DNA of 64,000 nt. Source: an uncultured Clostridium sp. (GTDB taxonomy: Bacteria > Bacillota > Clostridia > TANB77 > CAG-508). Made by a program: the position numbers and the translations under genes. The notes beneath the pieces were generated by a model. That model had not been told where the DNA came from. It did not search any database and saw nothing but the letters and a program-made list of their open reading frames with translations. This document shows positions 17,202-26,348 of the stretch, piece after piece (positions within the stretch are counted from its first letter, which is position 1; every line of letters starts with the position of its first letter). The DNA lies in contig CAMNWO010000004.1 of assembly GCA_946565805.1 (NCBI GenBank), positions 31,792-95,791 on the forward strand, in the 5' to 3' direction.

Positions 17202-18410
17202 ATGAAAAATTTATTTAAAAATTATGCTGCTAATATAGAAAACCCTAAATGGGAAAATATTATTTCTAGAAAAGAACCTCTATACCATAGAGCTTCTGAT
17301 ATTCGAAGTGAATTTGAAAGAGATTATACTAGAATTATCCATTCTAATAGTTATAGACGATTAAAACATAAAACACAAGTATTTTTTTCTCCAGAAAATG
17401 ACCATATTTGTACCAGAATTGAGCATGTGACACATGTTGAATCAATCAGCTATTCTATTGCAAATTATTTAGGACTTAATACAGAATTGACAAAGGCTAT
17501 TGCTGTTGGTCATGATTTGGGACACAGTCCTTTTGGTCATAGTGGTGAAAGAATTTTATCTAATCTTTCAAAAAATGATTTAGGCATTCCTTTTTGGCAT
17601 GAAAAAAATGGTCTTAATCTTGTTGATTCAATAGAGTTATTGGAAGATAGCGAAAAAAATAAACAAAATCTAAATCTTACTTATGCAGTAAGAGATGGTA
17701 TTATTTCTCATTGTGGTGAAATTGATGAAAATGGAATTAAACCAAGAGATGAATTTATTGATTTATGCTCTTATGTATATCCAAATCAATTTGCTCCTTA
17801 TACTTGGGAGGCTTGTGTTGTGAAAGTTGCTGATAAAATCTCTTATATTGGTCGCGATATTCAAGATGCCATTACTCTTGGGATTTTAGATGAACATTTA
17901 GATGAACTCTATAATTTATTACATGATAATATAAAAGATAAAATGTTGAATAATTCAAATATTATTCACTACTTAGTTTATGATTTGTGTGAAAATTCTT
18001 CTCCTGAAAATGGTTTGTGCTTTTCAGATAAGGCTTTTCATCTAATTAATAAAATTAAAGAATTTAATTATAAAAATATTTATTTTTCGGATAGAATTAA
18101 ACCTTCTAATCGATATTTTGAACTTGTTTTGACTGAAATTTATACTACTTTAAAGGCTTGCTTTGATGGTAAAGATGCTTTTTCTTCTGCTAAGTCTTTG
18201 GAAAAGTTCTATCCAAAGTTATATAAGGATTTTCTAGATTTTTTATATAGCTTTTATGATTATTCTGATAGATCTTCTTCAAGATTTAAGAATAAGGTTC
18301 TTTTCTCACCTTCTTCTAGCTCTGATTTTTACCAGGCTATTTTGTTTTTTATTTCTGGTATGACAGACAATTATGCTATGAATATTTATCATCAGATTAT
18401 TGGATTTTGA
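17202..18410 (+). CDS. dGTP triphosphohydrolase-like HD-domain phosphohydrolase
   Basis: FERDYTRIIHSNSYRRLKHKTQVF ... HDLGHSPFGHSGE, typical of the dGTPase family. Confidence 0.85.
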   Translation: MKNLFKNYAANIENPKWENIISRKEPLYHRASDIRSEFERDYTRIIHSNSYRRLKHKTQVFFSPENDHICTRIEHVTHVESISYSIANYLGLNTELTKAIAVGHDLGHSPFGHSGERILSNLSKNDLGIPFWHEKNGLNLVDSIELLEDSEKNKQNLNLTYAVRDGIISHCGEIDENGIKPRDEFIDLCSYVYPNQFAPYTWEACVVKVADKISYIGRDIQDAITLGILDEHLDELYNLLHDNIKDKMLNNSNIIHYLVYDLCENSSPENGLCFSDKAFHLINKIKEFNYKNIYFSDRIKPSNRYFELVLTEIYTTLKACFDGKDAFSSAKSLEKFYPKLYKDFLDFLYSFYDYSDRSSSRFKNKVLFSPSSSSDFYQAILFFISGMTDNYAMNIYHQIIGF

Positions 18411-18490
18411 TTTTCTAATGGTTCGTTTGATTTTTATGTTAATTCATGGTATAATTACTTTACTATAATTTTATAAGGGAGTGTTATTTT

Positions 18491-18733
18491 ATGCTATTGG
18501 AAACGTCGTGTAATTATAATTGTTGGGAATGCTCTCATCATTGCGAAATGGCTCAATTGTTTCGGTTGCCTGAAGGGGTCTTCTACAAAGTAATTTTAGA
18601 TGTTCTTAAGGCTAGGGCTGGCATGCTTATTACGCAAGGCTATGACCGTCAATTGGTTGATCAGGATTTGATGGTGAGTGCTGTAACTCTTAAGTTGGCT
18701 CGTGAGTTGTTTCTTGAAAAGTATCACTTCTGA
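18491..18733 (+). CDS. Hypothetical 80-aa protein with a Cys/His-rich N-terminus
   Basis: AAGGGAG Shine-Dalgarno. CNYNCWECSHHC motif. Locally less AT-rich than the flanks. Contains an in-frame CGG at 18563-18565. Confidence 0.45.
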   Translation: MLLETSCNYNCWECSHHCEMAQLFRLPEGVFYKVILDVLKARAGMLITQGYDRQLVDQDLMVSAVTLKLARELFLEKYHF

Positions 18734-18969
18734 AAGTCTATTTTTTAATGGGTTTTCTATTGGCTCCATTCTTGCTAAAGTTTGGGGCTTGTCTTTTTTA
18801 TTTAATAGTTAGATTTTGTAACTTTATAAGTTGTTTATATTATTCTACTTTACTATTTTTTTCTTTTCTAGATGTTGTTTTTATTTCTTCAAGATTTCAA
18901 TTAAATATTATTTACAATATTTTCGGGTATAACTTTTCCAAATACAACGTTTTCACTATATAAATTAAA

Positions 18970-19653
18970 ATTTAAATATACTATATGTCCAAGTATAACG
19001 AAAGATATCTTTGTAGTGATAATTGTTATGATTAATTTAAATACACTATATGTTCAAGTATAACGGGGACTATAAAGGGCTTACATATTACAGTCAAATA
19101 TTTAAATACACTATATGTTCAAGTATAACCTCTGCTAATACTCTAATGTTCCACTTGTTACACAAATTTAAATACACTATATGTTCAAGTATAACGCGGT
19201 AGAGGAAGTAAAAGAACAAATAGAAACATAATTTAAATACACTATATGTTCAAGTATAACCGAAGTTGGGTCATAAACATCAATACCGTTAATTAATTTA
19301 AATACACTATATGTTCAAGTATAACAGTATTGCTGACAAGTATGAGCTTTTGAGTGAAAGATTTAAATACACTATATGTTCAAGTATAACTCTGTATCTT
19401 GTGCTATTGAATAAGCTCGTGGCTGACATTTAAATACACTATATGTTCAAGTATAACACAGAACCAGAAGACGTAGTATTTATAATTAGAAAATTTAAAT
19501 ACACTATATGTTCAAGTATAACACTCTAGACTCTTTTGCTATTAATCTTTCAACTAATATTTAAATACACTATATGTTCAAGTATAACAGTTGCAATGTC
19601 AAATGCTGTAAGTGCTGGAAAAAATTTAAATACACTATATGTTCAAGTATAAC
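18970..19653 (-). CRISPR. CRISPR array 1: 11 repeats of 30 bp with 10 spacers of 35-37 bp
   Basis: Plus-strand repeat ATTTAAATACACTATATGTTCAAGTATAAC. Its reverse complement, GTTATACTTGAACATATAGTGTATTTAAAT, ends in the ATTTAAAT-type handle typical of I-B repeats. The repeat at 18970-18999 has 2 mismatches, so that is the leader-distal end; the AT-rich leader is 19654-19810, next to cas2. Confidence 0.95.
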
Positions 19654-19810
19654 GCCGAAAAAATAGACATTTCTAATAATTATAATATATTGTTTTCGCT
19701 TATTTTTCAAGTATTTCTATAATATTTTCCAGATAAGTGATTTTTTCTTCCATTTCTAAAATCCCTTATTCCCAATACCTTTCACTACTCCAAAATTCCC
19801 ACTTGGAAAA

Positions 19811-20098
19811 TTATAGAATTAAACTCTCTTGATCTTTTTCATTAGTACCGATTGTTTCCTCTTCAAAAGATTGCTGATTTATTAATTTAATAATAGTTAT
19901 AAAATCTTCTTTTTTATTTATTACTTTTCTTAATTTATTCTTCAATTCGATTAAATTACTAGGAGTTATATGACCTCTAAACACTGAATTTTGATGATGT
20001 ACTAGATACTGCTTACAAACTTTAAATACTTTATTAACTCTTCTTTCCTCTATGTCATAAAAAACAAAAACATAATTATAGTTATACTTTTCTTTCAT
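19811..20098 (-). CDS. cas2: CRISPR-associated endoribonuclease Cas2
   Basis: 95 aa with a 4-nt overlap with cas1. The N-terminus YVFVFYDI is typical. Confidence 0.9.
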   Translation of the reverse strand: MKEKYNYNYVFVFYDIEERRVNKVFKVCKQYLVHHQNSVFRGHITPSNLIELKNKLRKVINKKEDFITIIKLINQQSFEEETIGTNEKDQESLIL

Positions 20099-21096
20099 CT
20101 TTTTTCCTCCATATTAAAAGGTTTAAACTCTTTCCCTTCTACTATATTCTTTATTAATTTATAACCATCTAATTTAATTGCCTTTTTATAAGTTATTTTT
20201 CTATTTAGTTTACTATGTAAAAATGACTGATTAATTCTGTCTTCAAATGCCTGTATAAATATTTTCCTTCCATCTTCATTCAAAATACAGTAATTTAATT
20301 CTTTTATAAAATGTTTTTCAACTGTAATTTTTTTATTATTTACACAATCAAATATCGTTTTATATACTATGATTGGTTTAAACACTTCTGATAAATCTAA
20401 ACAAAGAGAAAATCTTCCTTCACTTGGTTCATGCAGAAAAGAAATTGCTTGATTTAAGTGTGTCTGATAAATTTGGCTAATTGTTTTTGTATATAACAAT
20501 GTATTTCCAAATGATATTAGTGCATTAATTGGATTGTCTGGTGGCCTCTTTACTCTTTTGTTCATAACAAAATCCTCTGGCAAAAAATATTGAAATGTAT
20601 TGTAAAATCTTGCCCATATACTTCCTTCTACATACAATATTTGATTGATATCTTTAGCAACTTCTAATAATCCTGATACTTCTTTTTTTAGCCAATCTAA
20701 ATATTCTTTTAATTCTTTTTTTCCATGTCTATAATAATGATATAAAGTAAAATAAATATTATCAGCAATTCCTTGTACAATAGATTTTGCTATTATTTTT
20801 CTTTTTTCTAAATAAGCTTTTGCTTGTTTTACTGTTAATTCTCCGCTTATTAAATATTCTTTAGGATAAAATGTTCCTGTATAGTTTCCATAGTAGTTAA
20901 AAAAGTGAATTGTTACTCCTGCTTTTCCAAATAAGTCTAATAATTTTGTACTTATTGTTAGTTCATTGAAACAATACAATTCTTTTATGTCTTTTATCGG
21001 AAGATAATTGTTCCCTTTCTCATTTTTAAATCTAATAGAAAAATCTTGTCTATTTAAATCTCCTTTAGAAAAAATGTATCTTGTTTCTTCTTTCAT
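20095..21096 (-). CDS. cas1: CRISPR-associated endonuclease Cas1 (I-B type)
   Basis: 333 aa in the operon position between cas4 and cas2, with Cas1-like conserved blocks (NALISFGNTLLY, HEPSEGRFSLCLDLSEVFKP). Confidence 0.9.
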   Translation of the reverse strand: MKEETRYIFSKGDLNRQDFSIRFKNEKGNNYLPIKDIKELYCFNELTISTKLLDLFGKAGVTIHFFNYYGNYTGTFYPKEYLISGELTVKQAKAYLEKRKIIAKSIVQGIADNIYFTLYHYYRHGKKELKEYLDWLKKEVSGLLEVAKDINQILYVEGSIWARFYNTFQYFLPEDFVMNKRVKRPPDNPINALISFGNTLLYTKTISQIYQTHLNQAISFLHEPSEGRFSLCLDLSEVFKPIIVYKTIFDCVNNKKITVEKHFIKELNYCILNEDGRKIFIQAFEDRINQSFLHSKLNRKITYKKAIKLDGYKLIKNIVEGKEFKPFNMEEKR

Positions 21097-21107
21097 ATTA
21101 ATACCTC

Positions 21108-21589
21108 CTATAAATTACAGTAGTCATTATAAGCGCATCTTTTACATTTGTTTTTCTTTTGATGTTCAGGCGGTATTTGCATATTATATAAAGTTTCTAT
21201 ATTATTTTTTAATCTTTCTATTTCGTTTTCTATCTGTTCATTATTTTCAATATAATGAATCTTTTTGTCTTGTCTGTTTTTTTCAAATATTTCTATTTTT
21301 CCATCTCTTTTTATTCCTTTTTGATTTAATATGTACATATAATACTTTATTTGCATAATAGCTGCTTGTAAATCTGCATCTGATTTCTTATATTCTACAA
21401 TATACTTATCTGTTATTTTGTCTGCTTTGATATTGTCTATTGCTACTTCTGAATTGTTTTTGTTTTCATGTAATACTCTTCCAATTCTTACTTCTTCACT
21501 ATTATCTTCTAAATTAATTTTTTCATAAATAGCCAACATTGCCTTTTACAGTGTAAATAGTAATTTATGATTGTTCCTGTTATTTTCAC
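21108..21589 (-). CDS. cas4: Cas4 RecB-like exonuclease, frame-interrupted at an A6 run (T6 on the plus strand, 21518-21523)
   Basis: A GTG start at 21589 overlaps the cas3 TGA and gives (M)KITGTIINYYLHCKRQCWLF (the N-terminal Cys of Cas4), then stops. ORF 21108..21539, in the -1 frame, carries the remainder, including C-terminal CKRCAYNDYC. Confidence 0.75.
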
Positions 21590-24033
21590 CAAAACATCTC
21601 ACCACACTTTTTATCATATTTTTCTTTGTCAAATTTTCCTTCTTCTATAAATTCCTCTCCATTTTCAATATATAGAATATTCCCAAATTCTTCTGTGTAA
21701 TATTTTTTACAATTGTTTTTATCATAAATAGTAATTGTATATAAAAACAGATCCATTATTTCTTGAATTCTAGAAAGTTCTACTTTTCTTTGAGCATAAC
21801 TATATTTGTCATTTAAGCAAATTTGTTTATATTTTTCCCAAACTTTACTTCCTTCTATTTTCTTATTCTTTATATTAATAGTTCGATTTAAGAATATTTG
21901 TAAATTCATTTGATTAATTAGTTTCATTTTCTTATCAATTTTTTCAAATTGTAGTGTTTGGACACTTTCTAAAAATTTGTTATAGTTATTTTGATTATAT
22001 TCTTCCCCTTTTTTATTTACTTCTTCTAATATTTCTTGATAGTATTTCTCAAATTCTTTCTTTTCTAGCATTTTTCTATATCTTTCTTCTTTAATATTAT
22101 ATGCATTTCTAATATCATTTCGGTAAATTTCGCAAGCTGGTGTATTATCAAAAAAATATGCTTTACAATTTTGTTTCTTACAAGAACGGTTGATTCTTCC
22201 TAAAAACTGTTCTTCTGACTCTATTAAAGATATATCTTTAAATCCTATATCCATATCGATATCCACACCTGCTTCTATTACTTGTGTACAAATTACAATT
22301 ATATCATTACTGTTTTTAATTTTCTCAAGTATTTGTTTTCTTATATGTTTGTTATCGTCCCCGCTTATTTCTATAATTTCCTTTTTTATCTTTTTAGTTA
22401 TTAATATTTTATAAAATTCTCTTGCTGTTTTCTTTTTTATGAATTCTATTAGAAGTTTTTCTTGATTTCCTTCTCTTTCTTTTATGATAGTGGCTAATGT
22501 TTCTAAATCTATTCTTTTCTCTAAATAGTCTGTATTAATTTTTACTCTATCTTGAAATAATGAATTTTTAAAATACTTGTCTTTATTTGGAATTAGATCT
22601 ATAAAGTCTTTATCTTCATTGATTAATTTGTCTAATTTTGGTAATGTCGCTGACATGATAATTATTTTTATGTTTAATATTTCGCTATATTTTTCTAAAA
22701 AATTTATTATTTCTTTCCAAATAGAATTTTTATAAGCTTGTATTTCGTCTATAATAATAACACTATTACTAAATCTAGATAAAATCAAATTATTTTCTTT
22801 TTGGGTACCAAATAAGGTAGAAAATAGATTAACATGCGATGTTAGAACAACTGGATAGTGCATAAAATTATAATCCAAATATACTTTTTCATAATCTACT
22901 TTCTCGTTTTGTTGCTGCGTTATAGCAATACTAGAATTAATGCAAATGAAATCTTTTTCGTATGTAAATATTTTTTCAAATGTTTCTTTGGTTTGTTCTA
23001 TCAAAGTATTAAATGGAAATATATAAAATATGTTTTTTATACTTTTATCTTTTTTTAATATATTAAGTGCTAGATTAATTGATGTATTTGTTTTTCCACT
23101 TCCTGTTGGTGCTTCTAAATAAAATAGGTGTTTATCTATGTTTTGGTTCAATATTTCTTCTGTTTCTAAAAATATATCCGATCTTAATCGATTAATATTA
23201 TTGGGGGCTATGCTATTTTTGTTTTTTTTATATCTTTCTATACTTTGATAAACGTGTGTATTTTTATATTTTTCGAATATATCGTCTATATTATTTATGC
23301 TTTCTATTTCTATCTCTTGTGAATTCATGTATTCATAAGTAGCATAATAATCACATGTTATAATTAATGAATATAATAATTTATTTAAAATGAAAAATTC
23401 CATTTCTTTTATTTGATATTGCTTTAATATCTTATTTTTCTGTATAAAAATATTTTCTTCCAAATCTATTTCTAGTAAGTTGTTTTTATTTTTATATTCT
23501 AAATATAATCCTTCTTGTTGTACTTTTTCTAATTTATTTAAAAATTCTTCTGCTGATAAATTCTCCAAATTAGAATGATGTCTTGCTATTTGATAAGCAA
23601 AACAATATAATATTATCTTTATAAGTTTTTTATTCTTAAATTTATTTATTTCTAAATTAAATATGTCAATGTATATAAAGCTTGATACAAGTGAATGTTC
23701 ACTTGTACAAGTTTCTGTTGTTCTATATTTACTATTTTTCATCTTTTCTTTTTGAAATTTTGGATTTATTTTTCCTAAATCGTGTAAATATATAGCGTTA
23801 ATGAATAATTGATATATATATTCTTTTTCTTCTATTATTATTTTTTCATATTGAAATGTTTTTTCTATTAATTTTTTGATATGCTTGTCTATTTCTTTTT
23901 CTCTTGCTATTTTTTGATAGTATTTTATACTTCTGTCTAAGTGTTCTTTTAAGGTTTCTCTTTCTTTTCCATCTTTTGTATGTGCATATATATTTTCTAA
24001 GTTATTGATTTGCTCTTCTATTTTTATTAACAT
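21586..24033 (-). CDS. cas3: Cas3 (N-terminal HD nuclease fused to a DEAD/DEAH helicase)
   Basis: 815 aa with HD region (YLHDLGKINPKFQ), Walker A (APTGSGKT), DExx box (IIIDEIQ) and a helicase C domain. Confidence 0.9.
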   Translation of the reverse strand: MLIKIEEQINNLENIYAHTKDGKERETLKEHLDRSIKYYQKIAREKEIDKHIKKLIEKTFQYEKIIIEEKEYIYQLFINAIYLHDLGKINPKFQKEKMKNSKYRTTETCTSEHSLVSSFIYIDIFNLEINKFKNKKLIKIILYCFAYQIARHHSNLENLSAEEFLNKLEKVQQEGLYLEYKNKNNLLEIDLEENIFIQKNKILKQYQIKEMEFFILNKLLYSLIITCDYYATYEYMNSQEIEIESINNIDDIFEKYKNTHVYQSIERYKKNKNSIAPNNINRLRSDIFLETEEILNQNIDKHLFYLEAPTGSGKTNTSINLALNILKKDKSIKNIFYIFPFNTLIEQTKETFEKIFTYEKDFICINSSIAITQQQNEKVDYEKVYLDYNFMHYPVVLTSHVNLFSTLFGTQKENNLILSRFSNSVIIIDEIQAYKNSIWKEIINFLEKYSEILNIKIIIMSATLPKLDKLINEDKDFIDLIPNKDKYFKNSLFQDRVKINTDYLEKRIDLETLATIIKEREGNQEKLLIEFIKKKTAREFYKILITKKIKKEIIEISGDDNKHIRKQILEKIKNSNDIIVICTQVIEAGVDIDMDIGFKDISLIESEEQFLGRINRSCKKQNCKAYFFDNTPACEIYRNDIRNAYNIKEERYRKMLEKKEFEKYYQEILEEVNKKGEEYNQNNYNKFLESVQTLQFEKIDKKMKLINQMNLQIFLNRTINIKNKKIEGSKVWEKYKQICLNDKYSYAQRKVELSRIQEIMDLFLYTITIYDKNNCKKYYTEEFGNILYIENGEEFIEEGKFDKEKYDKKCGEMFW

Positions 24034-24152
24034 GTTTTCTCCTTTTCCATTTTTATTTTGTTTATAGTTGTTATTATTTTTACTATTTATTTTTTACTTT
24101 ATATATTTAAGTATAATAATATGAACGATTTTTTAGTAGCAGTTTTTACTGA

Positions 24153-24502
24153 ATTTAAATACACTATATGTTCAAGTATAACTGCGACAAGAAGTGGGAA
24201 AAGTCGTCGATGTGTTCTATTTAAATACACTATATGTTCAAGTATAACATATGTTTCTCCATATTCTATTACTATGTAATCATATTTAAATACACTATAT
24301 GTTCAAATATAACCAGTCAAAACAAGATGAAATAAAAGCAAAATTTAAATTTAAATACACTATATGTTCGAGTATAGCTACACACTAACTGAAATTACTT
24401 GCCCTTAATTTAAATACATCTTCTGTTCTTGTTCAATTATGATACGAATAGATTTAATGCTTATGAGATAATATTTAAAAACAGCATCTGTTCTTGTTTA
24501 AA
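24153..24502 (-). CRISPR. CRISPR array 2: mini-array of 6 repeats between cas5 and cas3, containing two repeat families
   Basis: Repeats at 24153, 24219, 24284 and 24349 match array 1 with 0, 0, 1 and 2 mismatches. Repeats at 24408 and 24473 are a different family (ATTTAAATACATCTTCTGTTCTTGTTCAAT and ATTTAAAAACAGCATCTGTTCTTGTTTAAA). Spacers are 36, 35, 35, 29 and 35 bp. Confidence 0.85.
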
Positions 24503-24667
24503 CCGTTAAAATAAAGTTTTCTTCCTTTTCAAAATAACTCATCTCTCTTGATATTAATGCATGTTATAAGAATCATTCCAAGTGAACTAAAATTTTTAAT
24601 TATTCCTTTAATTGTTAATATTTATAAATATTTTAGCCTTTCAAAAAAAATCACTTGGAAAATTTCT

Positions 24668-25393
24668 TTAAAAAAAGTATAAATTTGTATTTCTATCGGT
24701 ATATCCCTCTATTTCATTTTTTAGATAATAATTAGTATAAATAAATGGCTCATACTCATAAAAATTATACTCTTCTTGTAACTTTATTGGTTGTATCTCC
24801 TTTATTAAGTATGCTAATTCATCTACTGAATCAAAGCTGTCAATTTCTATATTTTCTGTAAAAATAGAATCTATATAATCTAATTTTTCCTTTCCTAATT
24901 CTATTTCTTCCACCTGTGTAATAGATGCTGGATGGTCATTCTTCCCTAAATATGGTATATATACTGTTTTTCCTTGTAATAAATATTCTTTTAATTTGTT
25001 ATATAGATTAGGTTCTACTGTTCCATCATTGTATATATAGATTGTCCAAGATGGATTTTCTAACCATTGTTCTCTTACAATTAGATTTCCACCTTCTTCA
25101 TTAGAAGCATATCCTACACTATTATTAAAAGTTTGAATTTTTTTAGGATAGATTCCTTTTAGTTTTTTATCTGGTACAATCGATATTTTTAAATCTTTTA
25201 GTTTTTCATAAAATTCTGGATATGTTTTTTCTCTTTGTTGATTGTATCCATCTAATCCTATAATAGCACCTAGTATCCCTAATAACGCTATTTTATGAAT
25301 ATTGTTGTATGTAAAATAAGCATATTCATTTACTTCTGGCTTTTTAAAGAATGCGGTTTTCCCAAAAAGCTTAAATTTAATGGCTTTTTGCAT
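24668..25393 (-). CDS. cas5: Cas5 (I-B)
   Basis: 241 aa in the operon position after cas7. Its N-terminus (KFKLFGKTAFFKKPEVNEYAYFTY) resembles a Cas5 N-terminal motif. Confidence 0.85.
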   Translation of the reverse strand: MQKAIKFKLFGKTAFFKKPEVNEYAYFTYNNIHKIALLGILGAIIGLDGYNQQREKTYPEFYEKLKDLKISIVPDKKLKGIYPKKIQTFNNSVGYASNEEGGNLIVREQWLENPSWTIYIYNDGTVEPNLYNKLKEYLLQGKTVYIPYLGKNDHPASITQVEEIELGKEKLDYIDSIFTENIEIDSFDSVDELAYLIKEIQPIKLQEEYNFYEYEPFIYTNYYLKNEIEGYTDRNTNLYFF

Positions 25394-25406
25394 TTTATCA
25401 CCTTCC

Positions 25407-26345
25407 CTATTTTATATTTTCAAATATGTCATAAGTTTCACATTCTATTCCTTCTGTGTTAATTTCAGTTGTAATTTTATTATAATAAATTTCTACCTTT
25501 TCAACTCTGTTCTTGTTTTCTTTTATTACCTCTTTCAATTTTTCTATGTTAATTTTATCTTTTCCACTCTCCATTTTCTCAAATGTAATATATTGATCTA
25601 GATTTGCTAAATACAAGTTACTTCCTTCTTTTTCTTCAATAAAAATAGCAAATTCATTTTCACATCCAGATTTACTATTCGTGTTAATTGCTGTAGCAGA
25701 AATAAGACTTGCTTTTTTAAACTCTTGGTAGGCTTCTTCGGTATATCCTTCAAATTCTGGCAATATATCTTTATAATTTTTATAATTTTGAGGATTTACT
25801 GAAAATGGATATATATAATGACATTCATCTGCTACTATTTTAGTTCCTAATGTAGACGCCTTATCGTCTTCTTTATTTGAATTTCTAAATGGTGATAATA
25901 TATCTTGTGTTTCTATATTACTATCTTCATATTTATTAAATCCTTGTCCTATTTGAACTGCGCCCGTAATGCTAAGATTTACATTTTTACTAGCAAATGT
26001 TGCACCAAAATTCATAACATCAATTGCAGAAAATAAATTTATCAATACTTCTTCTGGCTTTGTTTTCTTTTCGATAGTCTCTCCAAACACTCTTTCATAT
26101 CTTTCATCTAAATCTAATGGTTGAATTTTTTCTCCCGTTTTTTCATCAATTTTGTATGATTTTATATAAATTACCTTTTTTCCTTCTTCATCCCACATTT
26201 TTTTCATTGGATATTTTAAGGCTTTATCACTTCCAAATATTTGCGTTGTGCTAATTGTTTTTGGTCTTCCTGTAAAATCTGCATTCCAATTACTCATTAA
26301 CGCTTTTATTCCAATTACTCCATATACTTTGTTTTTCTTTTCCAT
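25407..26345 (-). CDS. cas7: Cas7 (I-B, Csh2/DevR family)
   Basis: 312 aa; NWNADFTGRPK near the N-terminus is characteristic of Cas7/Csh2. Confidence 0.85.
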   Translation of the reverse strand: MEKKNKVYGVIGIKALMSNWNADFTGRPKTISTTQIFGSDKALKYPMKKMWDEEGKKVIYIKSYKIDEKTGEKIQPLDLDERYERVFGETIEKKTKPEEVLINLFSAIDVMNFGATFASKNVNLSITGAVQIGQGFNKYEDSNIETQDILSPFRNSNKEDDKASTLGTKIVADECHYIYPFSVNPQNYKNYKDILPEFEGYTEEAYQEFKKASLISATAINTNSKSGCENEFAIFIEEKEGSNLYLANLDQYITFEKMESGKDKINIEKLKEVIKENKNRVEKVEIYYNKITTEINTEGIECETYDIFENIK

Positions 26346-26348
26346 ATT

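Noticed and set aside
17202-18410. The dGTPase-like gene next to the CRISPR array could be an anti-phage dNTP-depletion defence gene.
   Set aside because: The family also contains housekeeping enzymes, and nothing in the sequence distinguishes the two roles. Proximity to the array alone is not evidence.
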